From Candidatus Bathyarchaeia archaeon (GTDB taxonomy: Archaea > Thermoproteota > Bathyarchaeia > Bathyarchaeales > Bathycorpusculaceae): a stretch of 64,000 nt of DNA. The stretch is taken from assembly GCA_049512075.1 (NCBI GenBank), contig JBEKXL010000003.1, positions 96,001 to 160,000 on the forward strand, given 5' to 3'. Both the position numbers and the translations under genes were made by a program. Positions 40,053-50,868 of the stretch are shown here, piece after piece; within the stretch, counting starts at the first letter, position 1, and each line of letters begins with the position of its first letter. The notes under the pieces are model-generated. The model saw only the letters and a list, made by a program, of their open reading frames with translations, made no database searches and was not told the origin of the DNA.

Positions 40053-41174
40053 ATGGCGAGCAAGAGAGATTACTACGAAGTCCTTGGCGTTCCAAGAACT
40101 GCCTCTGTGGATGAGATCAAGGATGCTTACAGAAAGCTGGCAATGCAGTATCATCCCGACCGGAACAAGGCTCCTGAAGCTGAAGAGAAGTTCAAAGAGA
40201 TTTCCGAAGCCTACGCTGTCCTGTCAGACGCGGAGAAACGAAGACAGTACGGCACGCTAGGCCACGCGGGATTTGATCAACGCTACACGACTGAAGACAT
40301 TTTCAGGGGTGCAGACTTCGAATCGATATTCAGGGACATGGGCTTCAACTTCGGCTTCGGAGACTTGTTCAGCACGATTTTTGGTCAACGTGACTTCGAA
40401 GAAAGAGTCACCAGGGGCAGGGATCTTGGCTATGATTTGGAAATAACCCTGGAGGAAACAGCACACGGAACAGAGAAAGAAATCGGGTTCAAGAGAATCG
40501 AGAAGTGCGATGTCTGCGGCGGCACGGGAGCTGCTCCTGGCACGTCTCCAAGGGCTTGTCCCAGCTGCAGGGGCGCTGGAAGGATTCAGAAGGTGAACAG
40601 GAACAGTTTTGGAACATTCGTGCAGGTTGTACCCTGTCCTACGTGTCGTGGAAAAGGGAAAATCATTGATTCGTCATGCCCAACGTGCCGGGGCACGGGC
40701 TTACTGCGAAAGCAGAGGAATATAACAGTGAAGGTGCCGCCCGGCATCGATGAAGGGTATCAGCTTAGACTCCAAGGCCAAGGAGAAATGTCGCCAGAAA
40801 GCGATTCCCCAGGAGACCTCTACGTCTTGATTCATGTAGCACCTAATCCGTATTTCAGGAGAGACGAAGACGACCTGCTTTACGACTTGAAAATAGGTTT
40901 TCCACAGGCTGCCCTCGGCGCAAGAGTCTCAGTGCCCACGTTTGAGGGGAACGTTGACGTAGACGTGGCCGCGGGGACTCAGCCTGGAGAGGTTATCAGA
41001 CTGAAGGGCAAGGGTATGCCGAAGTTTAGAGGGTATGGAAGAGGCGACCTTTTGTTGCGAGTTGATATCGCAGTGCCCGAAAAACTCACAGAGCAGCAGA
41101 AAGCCCTGCTTGAAGAACTGGCTAAAGAATTCGACCAGACCGTCCGGCCTAAGAGCCACAGGCTGAGGTTCTAG
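40053..41174 (+). CDS. dnaJ: Chaperone DnaJ
   Basis: HPD J-domain, four CxxCxGxG repeats. Confidence 0.97.
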   Translation: MASKRDYYEVLGVPRTASVDEIKDAYRKLAMQYHPDRNKAPEAEEKFKEISEAYAVLSDAEKRRQYGTLGHAGFDQRYTTEDIFRGADFESIFRDMGFNFGFGDLFSTIFGQRDFEERVTRGRDLGYDLEITLEETAHGTEKEIGFKRIEKCDVCGGTGAAPGTSPRACPSCRGAGRIQKVNRNSFGTFVQVVPCPTCRGKGKIIDSSCPTCRGTGLLRKQRNITVKVPPGIDEGYQLRLQGQGEMSPESDSPGDLYVLIHVAPNPYFRRDEDDLLYDLKIGFPQAALGARVSVPTFEGNVDVDVAAGTQPGEVIRLKGKGMPKFRGYGRGDLLLRVDIAVPEKLTEQQKALLEELAKEFDQTVRPKSHRLRF

Positions 41175-41207
41175 ACAAACGCGCGGTGACGCAGAATCGA
41201 GCGCGAG

Positions 41208-41990
41208 CTATTTCGGTACTCTGTAGCGCCAAGCCACCACCAAGGCCCAGAACATCGGAATAAGCGATATGACTACCAGCACATAGTTCAAGTTGGGACT
41301 AAGGCCGTCTGGAAATTGAAAAGTTAATATGAATTCGCGGGCGAAGAACTCCCACAGAGCCAGATAGGAAATTGTTACGGACACGGCGAGAGTGATTAGG
41401 CCAAGTCTGCGCGCGTTCTTTATTTCTAGTATGTCTATGTGGGCCCTCAGAGTGTCCACGAATACAGTGACGTGGTCAACGGATTCGTCTACTGCGTGCT
41501 GAATAAGAAGAACAAGGTCGCTACTGAAGCCGCCTAGCCTTTCCCTTAGAGAGTTCCATTCGTGGGACAGGTCCAGTATCCTCAATCTCTCTTTTTGCAG
41601 CTGCTGGTAGGTTTTCCAAAGTTCTGCCTCATCTTGTTCAAGCGTTTCGTTACTCGAAGTTCGCTTGAGTTTGCGACCAATTTCCATCAGAGCCTTGACA
41701 AGGGTTGTGAGCTTGTTCTGAAAATCCTTATCAACCTTCTGAAGCTGCTGAATTCCCTTCAATATCTCATCATAATCAACGTGGACAGCGAAATCGCTCA
41801 TCTCATTAACCTCTTCTGCTGTTTCATTACTCACAAAGATAAAAATACTCTTTCTAATTTGGGAACAAATGAGTGTCATATCTACTCTTGCCTCTGTCAG
41901 ATTTCTCACTTGTAGCACAGGAAAGACTATCTCTGCAACGCGGTGCAAGCAAGGTAAGCTAATCTTAATTCCTTTGTTCAGGGTCGACAC
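41208..41990 (-). CDS. Hypothetical protein, coiled coil plus two C-terminal TM helices
   Basis: 260-aa ORF; start uncertain. Confidence 0.55.
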   Translation of the reverse strand: MSTLNKGIKISLPCLHRVAEIVFPVLQVRNLTEARVDMTLICSQIRKSIFIFVSNETAEEVNEMSDFAVHVDYDEILKGIQQLQKVDKDFQNKLTTLVKALMEIGRKLKRTSSNETLEQDEAELWKTYQQLQKERLRILDLSHEWNSLRERLGGFSSDLVLLIQHAVDESVDHVTVFVDTLRAHIDILEIKNARRLGLITLAVSVTISYLALWEFFAREFILTFQFPDGLSPNLNYVLVVISLIPMFWALVVAWRYRVPK

Positions 41991-42174
41991 CGCCAGCGCA
42001 GACGATACTCAGAGAGTTGTCCGATCGGACTATGAAGCGGCGGACAAGAACTGCAAAGTCGGAGACAAAGAACAGGTATCAGCGTTCGAAGGAGGATTGA
42101 GAGAATGCGCCCGGGGACAGTAATCTTGAATTAAGAATGGGGGCGCAGTCTTTTAGGGGATGCGTACGAGCGCA

Positions 42175-42507
42175 TCATTTGTTTTCAGACTCTGTTTCTC
42201 TGTTCCTTAGCAAGTAGAGCACTAGAAGGGCTTCTACGATGATGTTGCCCACGGTGAACACAGATTCGGACAGCACGCCTGAGCCTAGCTGTATTGAAAA
42301 AATATAGAAGACAAGAAGACCGAGCAATGCAAAAACAAATACGAAGCTCTTTCCTGTCCTGAAAACACTGGCTTTTTTCTGTGTGTCCTCCTTGCGTCTT
42401 GATTTGCTGTTAATGAAGAGATAGATGCTGACGAGGGTGAGAAATATGCTGCTGAAGCTTATACTTAGGGCCCACCAAGCAAACAGGTCAATGTTGGGCA
42501 TGTTCAT
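42175..42507 (-). CDS. Small membrane protein (3 TM) downstream of mgtA
   Basis: AGGAGG SD, three hydrophobic helices. Confidence 0.7.
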   Translation of the reverse strand: MNMPNIDLFAWWALSISFSSIFLTLVSIYLFINSKSRRKEDTQKKASVFRTGKSFVFVFALLGLLVFYIFSIQLGSGVLSESVFTVGNIIVEALLVLYLLRNRETESENK

Positions 42508-42517
42508 TTGTCCTCCT

Positions 42518-45124
42518 TTAGTATTTGCATATTTTGTAGAAGAACACCTTGCCAGCGTCCACTAGAACAAGGTACGTCGCGACCATGAGCACCAGGAGCA
42601 GCCAGTACTCTGGTGGAAGCGGAGCGAACCCCATGAAGCTGCCGAGAATGGTAAAGGGAAGTATGGTTCCGAAGGCCACGCAAGACAGTGTAAGCAAGGC
42701 AAGCCATTTTCCCGGGCGGCTCGTGAAGAAAGGTATGCGTCGGGTTCTGATGACGAACATGACTAGTACTTCTGTCCAGAATGACTCTACGAACCATCCA
42801 GCTTGGAACAGGCTTTGTGCGTGAAGCTTCACCGCATCAGTGGCTCCCGGAAGTGCTGCTGCCGAAGCACCGAAAATGAAAAGCATTATGCCGAACGTTA
42901 GGAAGTCGTACAGTGAGCTGAACGGGCCGAAGAAAAGAGTGTATTTTCTCACGAAGCTCATGTCCCAGCGCTTTGGCGATTTGACGTATTCGTCATCGAC
43001 ATTGTCCGTGGGCAGGGTCATGTTTGAAATGTCGTAGAGCAGGTTCATGAAGAGGATTTGTGATGCCAGCATGGGCTCAAACGGAAGAAAGACAGAAGCG
43101 GCAGCGGCGCTGAACATGTTTCCAAAGTTCGAGCTGGTCCCCATCAGAATGTACTTCATGGTGTTTCCGAAAATCTTGCGCCCCTCATTTATGCCGTTAG
43201 CAAGTACGAGGAGATCCTTCTCGAGTAGCACGATATCGGCTGCTTCTTTTGCCACGTCCACTGCTGTATCGACAGATATTCCCACGTCAGCCTCGTAGAG
43301 AGCTGGAGCATCGTTCACGCCGTCCCCCAAGAAGCCTACGACATTCTTGTTTGCCTTCAGAGCCTTGATTATGTCGAGTTTCTGCTCAGGCGTGACTCTT
43401 GCGAAAATCGTGGTTTCTTCCACGACCGCCTTAATCTCGTTCCAGTTCATCTGCATTAAGTCTGAGCCGACCACAACTTTCTTAATAGGAATCTTGAGAT
43501 CCTCACAGATTGTCTGAGCAACAAGTTCATTGTCTCCTGTCAATATTTTAACTGCCACTCCCATGTCATTCAGCTTGTCAAATGCATCGTGAGCATCTTT
43601 CTTGGGGGGATCGGTGAAGATAAGGAAGCCAAGAAGAGTCAGATCTTTCTCGTCTTCAACGGAGTAGGAAGTCTTGCTTTCAACGTTTCTAAAGGCTACT
43701 GCGAGAATCCGGTAGCCGAGCTCTGAAAGACTGTAGAACTTTTCGTTGATTGCCTTCTGAACATCAGTTATCAATTCGATTCTTCCACTCACGTCGGCAT
43801 ACTTGCACCTGCTGAAGACAGATTCTGGAGCACCTTTGCTGATTAGGGCGAATTCACCATTCTTTCTTACAACAACGGACATCATCCGCCGCTGATAATC
43901 GAAAGGAACCTCATCGAGCTTTCTGTAAGGCTCAGCATCGCCTTGTGCATTGATTTGCTTGGCATATTCCCATATTGCAACGTCCATCGGGTTTCCGACA
44001 ATGTTGTCTCCTATTACCGCTGCATTGCACAACAACGAATAGGTCAGAAGCTTGTGATCCTTTTCTTCACCGAGCGGGTAAACATCCTTGAGGGCTATCT
44101 TTCCTTCGGTAAGCGTGCCAGTCTTGTCGGTACAGAGAACGTTCATGTTGCCGAAATCCTCAATCGAGACCAAACGTTTCACGATGACCTTCACGTTGGA
44201 CATTCTCCTCGCTCCCTGTGAAAGACTGATAGTTACGATTGCAGGCATCAATTCAGGTACGAGACCAACGGCAATTGCAAGGGAAAAAGTCAGGGACCAA
44301 ACAAGGTCATGGCCGATTGCCGCATTTAGCGAGAATATCGAGATTGCGAGAACAATAGTTAGACTAAGAAGCATATTTCCATAGCTTTTGACCCCTTTTT
44401 GGAACTCGGTCTCAGGGTGGGTTCGGGTCAAGCTCCCTGATATCGCCCCCAACTTGGTGCGTTTACCAGTGGAGACTACAATGCCCTGAGCGGTTCCGTG
44501 AACCACCGCTGAGCCCATGAATAAGTAATTCGTCAACTGTTGAGGCGTAGGGTTCTGAATGTCAAGCCTTTCGGCCGTCTTCTCGACCGGAAATGATTCC
44601 CCAGTAAACGTTGCTTCGTTGGTCTCGAGATCCTTCAATTTCACGATTCGCATATCTGCAGGGACTAGGTCACCGACGTAAACCGAGACCAGGTCTCCTG
44701 GAACCAGCATTTTTGAATCGATTTGAGAGGATTTTGCGTCTCTGGTCACCACGGCCTTGATCGACACAGCCTGCCGAAGATCCTGAACTGTCTTCTCTGC
44801 TTTGTACTCATTGTAGAACCCCAAGACGACGGCTATGACTATCATTAATAGTATTACTATGGACTGGTCTGGCTCGCCAAAGAAACCCGCAATGGCAGCA
44901 CATGCAACGAGAATAGCAAATATGGGGTTCTTGAATTGTCTGAGAAGCACTTGGATTCGGCTAAATGGATGAACGGCCAGCTCGTTGAAGCCGTTGATCT
45001 TAAGGCGACGTTGGACTTCCTGCTCGGTTAACCCCTGCTCACTCGTCTCGAGGGATATATAAACATCCGTAGGAGGGATAGACCAATAATCTGTTTCGTT
45101 GTTTGCGGTATGTTCCTTTACCGT
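42518..45124 (-). CDS. mgtA: Mg2+-transporting P-type ATPase; the frame extends to an ACG codon at 45124
   Basis: TGES, PELMP, DKTGT, TGD, GDGVND, SSNFGNMFS. In-frame upstream YWS...GLTEQEVQRRLKINGFNEL lacks a canonical start. Confidence 0.9.
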   Translation of the reverse strand, partial: TVKEHTANNETDYWSIPPTDVYISLETSEQGLTEQEVQRRLKINGFNELAVHPFSRIQVLLRQFKNPIFAILVACAAIAGFFGEPDQSIVILLMIVIAVVLGFYNEYKAEKTVQDLRQAVSIKAVVTRDAKSSQIDSKMLVPGDLVSVYVGDLVPADMRIVKLKDLETNEATFTGESFPVEKTAERLDIQNPTPQQLTNYLFMGSAVVHGTAQGIVVSTGKRTKLGAISGSLTRTHPETEFQKGVKSYGNMLLSLTIVLAISIFSLNAAIGHDLVWSLTFSLAIAVGLVPELMPAIVTISLSQGARRMSNVKVIVKRLVSIEDFGNMNVLCTDKTGTLTEGKIALKDVYPLGEEKDHKLLTYSLLCNAAVIGDNIVGNPMDVAIWEYAKQINAQGDAEPYRKLDEVPFDYQRRMMSVVVRKNGEFALISKGAPESVFSRCKYADVSGRIELITDVQKAINEKFYSLSELGYRILAVAFRNVESKTSYSVEDEKDLTLLGFLIFTDPPKKDAHDAFDKLNDMGVAVKILTGDNELVAQTICEDLKIPIKKVVVGSDLMQMNWNEIKAVVEETTIFARVTPEQKLDIIKALKANKNVVGFLGDGVNDAPALYEADVGISVDTAVDVAKEAADIVLLEKDLLVLANGINEGRKIFGNTMKYILMGTSSNFGNMFSAAAASVFLPFEPMLASQILFMNLLYDISNMTLPTDNVDDEYVKSPKRWDMSFVRKYTLFFGPFSSLYDFLTFGIMLFIFGASAAALPGATDAVKLHAQSLFQAGWFVESFWTEVLVMFVIRTRRIPFFTSRPGKWLALLTLSCVAFGTILPFTILGSFMGFAPLPPEYWLLLVLMVATYLVLVDAGKVFFYKICKY

Positions 45125-45243
45125 GTTCTTGAATCCGCCTCAAGTATGGTCCTCTTGACATTCAACAAGGTTTTACTGGTAATACTATGGGGCGGTATTT
45201 AGGCGTTGCGTGATGGTTCTCATGTTCCAAGTTGAGCAGACGT

Positions 45244-46029
45244 CTAGACTTGGTCGGGTTCCTCGTGGATGTCGATTCTTGCTATGCTGGGATAAGCCTT
45301 CTTGATGTCGCTTTCGAGCCTGTTGGAAATCTCGTGTGCATTCTTTATGGTGAGTTTCGAGTCGAATCGACAGTTAAGGACGACGTGGATGATGTCGCCG
45401 AATCTTCGAATTCTGATATCGCCGACACTCTTGATTTCGGGAAATCTTCTTGCAACGTCCTCGATGTATGACACAAGCTCGGTTTCGACGCCTGCGAGTT
45501 CTTTTGATATGCGCTCTGACGCGGATTCAATGTGGACGGTTACTCCAGATACGTCTGCATTTAGTGTCCTTATCCTTTTTTCAACCTCATCAGCCACATG
45601 GTGCGCTTGCTTAACCGTCATGTTTGCGCTGACCTCAAGGTGTAAGTCCACGTACAGTTTCCCGTCGACCGTTTGTATGTGTATGTTGTGAGCGCCTCTT
45701 GAGCCTGGTGCTCCTTCTGCAGCGTCTTTGACTGCTTTCCATATGCTTTCGCGTTCAGACTTGACGGGTTCTGTGTCAACGGAGATTCTAGCGTTAGGAT
45801 ATTGGGTTCGAACTTCCTTTTCAATGTCGAAGGCGATTCTGTGTGCATCTTCGGTGCTGATGTTGCTGTCTAAGAAGACGTGAACACCCACATCGAGTCT
45901 TTTGGCGTTAAGGCGCACAGTGACGTGGCGGATCCCTTTCACATCCTTTATTGCTTCGATTTTTTTTCTTATTCTCTGTTCTATCTGTTGCGGGGACCGA
46001 TCAACCAGCGGAAGGGGCAACGTCGACAT
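45244..46029 (-). CDS. Soluble protein with three tandem CDF dimerisation (ZT_dimer-like) domains, no TM domain
   Basis: Three repeats ending AHxI...(V/I)HxEP; no hydrophobic helices. Confidence 0.75.
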   Translation of the reverse strand: MSTLPLPLVDRSPQQIEQRIRKKIEAIKDVKGIRHVTVRLNAKRLDVGVHVFLDSNISTEDAHRIAFDIEKEVRTQYPNARISVDTEPVKSERESIWKAVKDAAEGAPGSRGAHNIHIQTVDGKLYVDLHLEVSANMTVKQAHHVADEVEKRIRTLNADVSGVTVHIESASERISKELAGVETELVSYIEDVARRFPEIKSVGDIRIRRFGDIIHVVLNCRFDSKLTIKNAHEISNRLESDIKKAYPSIARIDIHEEPDQV

Positions 46030-46137
46030 CTCAGCTAACCTTTTGCCCAGTGAGAATATATATCTGTTAGCGTTCCATTTCGGTCGATACAGTCAGCAGT
46101 GTGACTGATAACTTCAAGCGCAGGTAAAGTTCGAAAA

Positions 46138-46998
46138 TTGAAGTGGTCAACAATGAAGGAACCCGATTCCATAAGAACCCTGGCCAACGACAGATCTTTG
46201 ACGAAAAACATAATCAACTATGTCATATCTCGCCAAAACGTGGATGGCGGCTACACCTTTGTGGAAGAAAACGATTCCAACGCACAAGACACCTACTATG
46301 GGTTGGCAATCTTGAAATTATTGGGCTCGCCTTTTCCTAATGTTGACAACACAGTGGAATGGCTACGTGAATTCGGGTTGGGCAGCATCTACTCCTACTA
46401 TTACGTTGGTAAAGCCTTATCGCTGTGCGGTGAAGACTTAGGCAATCGTTTCCGGAAATACGTTGTCTCAACAATTGCTGCGAAAAGACATCTCGGGTCT
46501 GTAGACGTCTATTTCGAGGTCGCTTCAGAGTTTCGAGCTACTCATATGGTTCTGGACCTCGCCAACTTGCTGGGCGTCGACCCGGGCAATGACGTTGCAG
46601 AATGGCTGCTTAGATACAAGAATGTAGACGGCGGGTTTGGGGCGCACAAGCATTCTAACGTTAACTCAACGTACTATGCCACGGCTTCTCTTGATCTGTT
46701 GGGTTTTGATATGGAGAGCTTGCAAGGCACTACAGCATTTCTTAGGTCATGCGAAAAGCCTTATGGGGGCTTCACAGTTGTTCCTCACTCTTTCGCGCCT
46801 TACATGGAGCACACCTACTATGGGGTGATAGCTCTTGACGCGCTCGGAGAAAACTGCAAGTTTCGACCGCAAACGGTTGATTTTGTGCTCAGGTGTCAGA
46901 ACGGGAATGGAGGCTTCGCTCGAGCAGATCTCGGCATCTCAACTTTTGAAAACACGTTTCAGGCAGTGAGCATAGTGCAAAAACTTGCTCAGGCATGA
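46138..46998 (+). CDS. Prenyltransferase/squalene oxidase repeat protein
   Basis: Repeated QNxDGG(F/Y)...TYY. Confidence 0.75.
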   Translation: MKWSTMKEPDSIRTLANDRSLTKNIINYVISRQNVDGGYTFVEENDSNAQDTYYGLAILKLLGSPFPNVDNTVEWLREFGLGSIYSYYYVGKALSLCGEDLGNRFRKYVVSTIAAKRHLGSVDVYFEVASEFRATHMVLDLANLLGVDPGNDVAEWLLRYKNVDGGFGAHKHSNVNSTYYATASLDLLGFDMESLQGTTAFLRSCEKPYGGFTVVPHSFAPYMEHTYYGVIALDALGENCKFRPQTVDFVLRCQNGNGGFARADLGISTFENTFQAVSIVQKLAQA

Positions 46999-47153
46999 AG
47001 CGGTAGCTCGCGCCCATTATCAGAATATACCTCTTTTCCCATTTGTTTGTTGCAGAACCGTGCTACTATCGTGTTTCAAGTTCCGTTCCTGCTGTTCCTG
47101 AAAAAGACTCTAGGAGTCAAAGTGCGCAAAGCTCCCTGCGTGTTGATTGCTCC

Positions 47154-47627
47154 TCAGTTTCTCTTCATGTATGCAATGGTTTTTTCATAGAGCTTCTGGA
47201 AGTGTTCTCCAAAGGTCTTGTCGCCTCTCTCCTTTCTAATAGCCATGATCCAGGGTTGCAGTTTTTTCCAGTTTGAGATTATGTAGGTATCTAGGCGGTC
47301 AGCTATGACGTCGATGTCTATGAATTTCTTTTCTATCAGGAAACCAACTTCCTCAAAGAAGGCTGTGACCTCGTAAGGATAGTCGCTCGCTTCGTAGTCC
47401 TCTGCCATTTGTGCCTTGTATTTCTCATAGTCTTCAAATTGGAATTTGTCCTCAATCCACCTGAAAGCCTTGTGAAGTCGGTCACTCTCTGCCCAATCGA
47501 AAAGCTTCAGTGAAATCTCCAGATCCCTGTGCTTCTCCATATGCTTGAGCTGAAGCAAGATGAAAACTGTTGCAGAAATGCCAGCGACCGCCGAAAGAAC
47601 AGCGGCCCAATCCGTTAGAGTAACCAA
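47154..47627 (-). CDS. DUF4760-like membrane-anchored protein
   Basis: N-terminal TM, FFEEVGFLI...W...I...R...F..L. Confidence 0.65.
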   Translation of the reverse strand: MVTLTDWAAVLSAVAGISATVFILLQLKHMEKHRDLEISLKLFDWAESDRLHKAFRWIEDKFQFEDYEKYKAQMAEDYEASDYPYEVTAFFEEVGFLIEKKFIDIDVIADRLDTYIISNWKKLQPWIMAIRKERGDKTFGEHFQKLYEKTIAYMKRN

Positions 47628-47846
47628 ATTTCGACCGTAACTCCTCGTAGATTGTCCAAGTTCTGTCGTATTAAACTTCGCGTCGGTAAAGGCTCTCGTA
47701 CTGACATGAATTTGCGAATTCGTTATATGGGCGAAGATTTTGGCACGGGCTTAGACCAAAAAACAAGCGTGCAAGCTCCAAACCACAAGGAATGTGGAAA
47801 ACCCATAATTCTTAAATCCCTAGGACGAAGAACTAAAGGGCGAGTA

Positions 47847-49217
47847 GTGCTGGAAACATTGGAAAGTGCCTTCAAACTAAGGACGCTCAAACTATCGGCA
47901 GTCGCGATAACAAGCGTAGTTTTCGTTGAAGTGACCATCGGCCTAGTAGTGAACAGCCTTGCAATTGTAAGCGATGGTTTGCATGCATTGCTTGACGCTT
48001 TAACTACTCTTGTCCTTTTTTTGGCAGTGCGTGAGTCTGCAAAGCCTCCTGATGAAGAACACATGTACGGGCATGAGAAATTCGAATCGATAGGCGGTTT
48101 CGTAGGTGGGCTTGCGCTTGTAGTTGTAGCATTGCTTATCATATATGAGGCCGTCTTGAAGATATGGCGTGGACAAAGTATCAACTTGGGGCTAGAGTAT
48201 GTGGGCTTCATAGCTATTGGCTACACTTTCTGCATAGATTTTTTCAGAGTCGGAACACTCGTTAAGGCGCGCAAGAGTGAAAGTGCAACAATGAGAGTCG
48301 GGTTCTATCATGCTATTGCAGACTTGAGTTCAACGGTAATAGCGTTTCTGGGATTTGGATTGGCGACTTTAGGGTTCTATTACGGAGATTCCATTTCTTC
48401 GATGGCACTTGGGGTTTTGTTGACTTACCTTAGCGTGAAGCTTGTTTGGAGCAGTGGAATGGAGTTGACGGACACGATATCAAAAGAGGTGGCGGACAAG
48501 GTCAGGCATGAAATAGTCGGAACACAAGGGGTGTGCAAGCTTGAAGCTTTAAAAATCAGAAAAGCAGGAGAAAAGACCTTCGTCAGAGCAACTGTCCATG
48601 TGCCGGACTATCTGAATCTTGAAGAAGCTCACGAATTGACTTCCAAGATAGAGTCAAACATTAGGAGCGTGTTGGGAAACTGCGACGTTGCAATACACAC
48701 TGAGCCTTGCAAGCCAGAAATCCCTACCGAAAAGCTCGTAGAGAAACTTACGCTAGGGGTTCAAGGTGTAGAACAAGTGCATGAAATCAGCACTACGCAC
48801 ACGGGTGGAAAACTGTACATCACCTTGCACGCCAACGTGGATCCGAAAATCTCAGTTGAAACAGCCCATGAGATAGCTCAAGAGATCGAGAACAGAATTG
48901 AAGAAAGAATACCCGAAGTAGAAGATGTGACCGTACATATGGAACCTTTTAGTCCCAGGAGACGAAAGGGTTCGATGGTTAACGAGGAAGAAATCAGTCG
49001 TACAGTTCACAGCATAGCAGACAACTATCGGCAAGCCTTTCGAGTCAAAGGAATAGTAACTTATGTGGCCAGAAAGAAGCTGTACATAAACATCGACTGC
49101 AGTTTCGCAAAGCAAATCTCGCTCAAAGATGCGCATGAAATGGCTTCAAAGGTTGAAGAGCAACTTAGAGAGCACTTCGCCGAAACTATTGTCACTGTTC
49201 ACATGGAACCAAGCTAG
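47847..49217 (+). CDS. Cation diffusion facilitator with three C-terminal dimerisation domains
   Basis: SDGLHALLD, HMYGHEKFE, HAIADL; three HTEP/HMEP-ending domains. Confidence 0.9.
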   Translation: MLETLESAFKLRTLKLSAVAITSVVFVEVTIGLVVNSLAIVSDGLHALLDALTTLVLFLAVRESAKPPDEEHMYGHEKFESIGGFVGGLALVVVALLIIYEAVLKIWRGQSINLGLEYVGFIAIGYTFCIDFFRVGTLVKARKSESATMRVGFYHAIADLSSTVIAFLGFGLATLGFYYGDSISSMALGVLLTYLSVKLVWSSGMELTDTISKEVADKVRHEIVGTQGVCKLEALKIRKAGEKTFVRATVHVPDYLNLEEAHELTSKIESNIRSVLGNCDVAIHTEPCKPEIPTEKLVEKLTLGVQGVEQVHEISTTHTGGKLYITLHANVDPKISVETAHEIAQEIENRIEERIPEVEDVTVHMEPFSPRRRKGSMVNEEEISRTVHSIADNYRQAFRVKGIVTYVARKKLYINIDCSFAKQISLKDAHEMASKVEEQLREHFAETIVTVHMEPS

Positions 49218-49274
49218 TCGCTCGTCCAGGTCATTGGGAAAGCCTATATTGGCAAGACTTACTTTTAGTTTGAA

Positions 49275-49979
49275 ATGAGTTCGTTGGCAATGGATAACGA
49301 CAATGACTACATATTGAAAGTGTCGAATCTTAGTGTGAGGATTCAGAACCAGGCGATCTTGGATAATGTGAATTTCAAGGTCCAGAGGGGAACGACGTTG
49401 GCTGTTCTGGGACCTAACGGTGCGGGCAAAACAGTTTTGTTCAGGACATTGCTGAATCTGGTGCCATATGACGGGAAGGTCGAATGGAAAGGAAAAGTGA
49501 AGATAGGTTACGTGCCTCAAAACATTGCTGTTGGCGATATTCCCATTTCTGTGAAAGAGTTCTTGTCGTTCAGGGACGCGTCAGATGTTCCCAGTTGTCT
49601 TGATGCGGTCAGACTTGACGGAAAAGACGTGTCGGGCAAGAGGTTAGGTATACTGTCTGGCGGTCAGTTGCGGAGGGTGCTCATCGCGTGGGCTCTGATA
49701 GACAATCCCAACGTGTTGCTTTTCGATGAGCCAACGACTGGCGTTGATATCGGCGGTGAAGAGCCTATTCTCGTTATGCTCAACGAGCTGAAGAAGAGTA
49801 AGAATATGACGATACTCTTGATAACACATGATGTGCACATCGTCAACGAGTATTCAGACTATTTGTTAGCCCTGAACAAGTGTGTGAATTTTTTCGGGGA
49901 ATCGAAGGAAATAATGAATCCGACCGTTCAAAGAACGCTCTACGGCGAGACAGTGTGCGTTGGAGCGCCACAAAGATAG
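49275..49979 (+). CDS. Metal (Zn/Mn) ABC transporter ATPase, ZnuC-like
   Basis: GPNGAGKT, IGYVPQ, LSGGQ, DEPTTGVD. Confidence 0.9.
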   Translation: MSSLAMDNDNDYILKVSNLSVRIQNQAILDNVNFKVQRGTTLAVLGPNGAGKTVLFRTLLNLVPYDGKVEWKGKVKIGYVPQNIAVGDIPISVKEFLSFRDASDVPSCLDAVRLDGKDVSGKRLGILSGGQLRRVLIAWALIDNPNVLLFDEPTTGVDIGGEEPILVMLNELKKSKNMTILLITHDVHIVNEYSDYLLALNKCVNFFGESKEIMNPTVQRTLYGETVCVGAPQR

Positions 49980-49982
49980 AAG

Positions 49983-50771
49983 GTGTTGTTTGCGTTAGAG
50001 ACGTTGATTCTTAGCTTATCGATAGGGGTTGCAGTGGGTGTTTCAGGCGGCTATCTGGGCTCTCTCATGGTATTGAAAAAAATGGCGCTTGTTGGCGACG
50101 CATTTTCGCATGTAGCGTTGCCTGGGCTTGCGCTGGGGCTTCTGTTCCATTTCCCCGTTTTCCTCGGGGCATTCGCTGTCCTCTTTGTCTCCGCCGTCGT
50201 CGTTTGGCAGTTGGGAAGGGTTACTAAGTTATCTTACGAATCTATAGTTGGAGCAACGTTCACGCTGGCGTTGGCAATAGGAATATTGATGGTGGTAAAC
50301 GGTCAGCTTGATCTACTGGAGGCTCTCTTTGGCGACATAACAAACGTGACTCTGTTTGACGCAACAACAGCGGTAGCAATTTCCATTGTGGCTATTCTTC
50401 TCACGAAGATGATTTACAAGAAACTCGTCTTGGGAATGATTTCGGAAGAACTGGCAATCTCAAAAGGCATTAGCGTCTCTAAGACAGATCTTTTGTATCT
50501 TCTGCTGGTCTCCCTCGTAGTGGCAACGGGCATAAAAATTGTTGGAAGCCTATTAGTCGGTTTCTTGGTCGCGGTTCCTGCAGCATCCGCGAAAAACATA
50601 AGTTCTAACCTACTCAAATACTCAGTCATGAGTTCAGCATTTGGGGCCATCAGTGCGTCCTCGGGGGTCTTGCTGTCAAACTATCTGAACCTGCAATCAG
50701 GCCCCATGGTGGTTATTTCTGGAATCACGATTTTCGCGGTAACAGTAGCGCTTAGATGGAAGGCAAAGTAG
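49983..50771 (+). CDS. Metal (Zn/Mn) ABC transporter permease, ZnuB-like
   Basis: DAFSHVALPG, LFGDI, VGSLLV...PAASA. Confidence 0.9.
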   Translation: MLFALETLILSLSIGVAVGVSGGYLGSLMVLKKMALVGDAFSHVALPGLALGLLFHFPVFLGAFAVLFVSAVVVWQLGRVTKLSYESIVGATFTLALAIGILMVVNGQLDLLEALFGDITNVTLFDATTAVAISIVAILLTKMIYKKLVLGMISEELAISKGISVSKTDLLYLLLVSLVVATGIKIVGSLLVGFLVAVPAASAKNISSNLLKYSVMSSAFGAISASSGVLLSNYLNLQSGPMVVISGITIFAVTVALRWKAK

Positions 50772-50868
50772 GCGCGCGTGAAGCTTGTGTCATGAAACCA
50801 CGTCAGAGAATAATCAAAATACGAGTTCAAAGCGAGTTCCTCTAACGCGCGCGACACTGACCTAGAAC

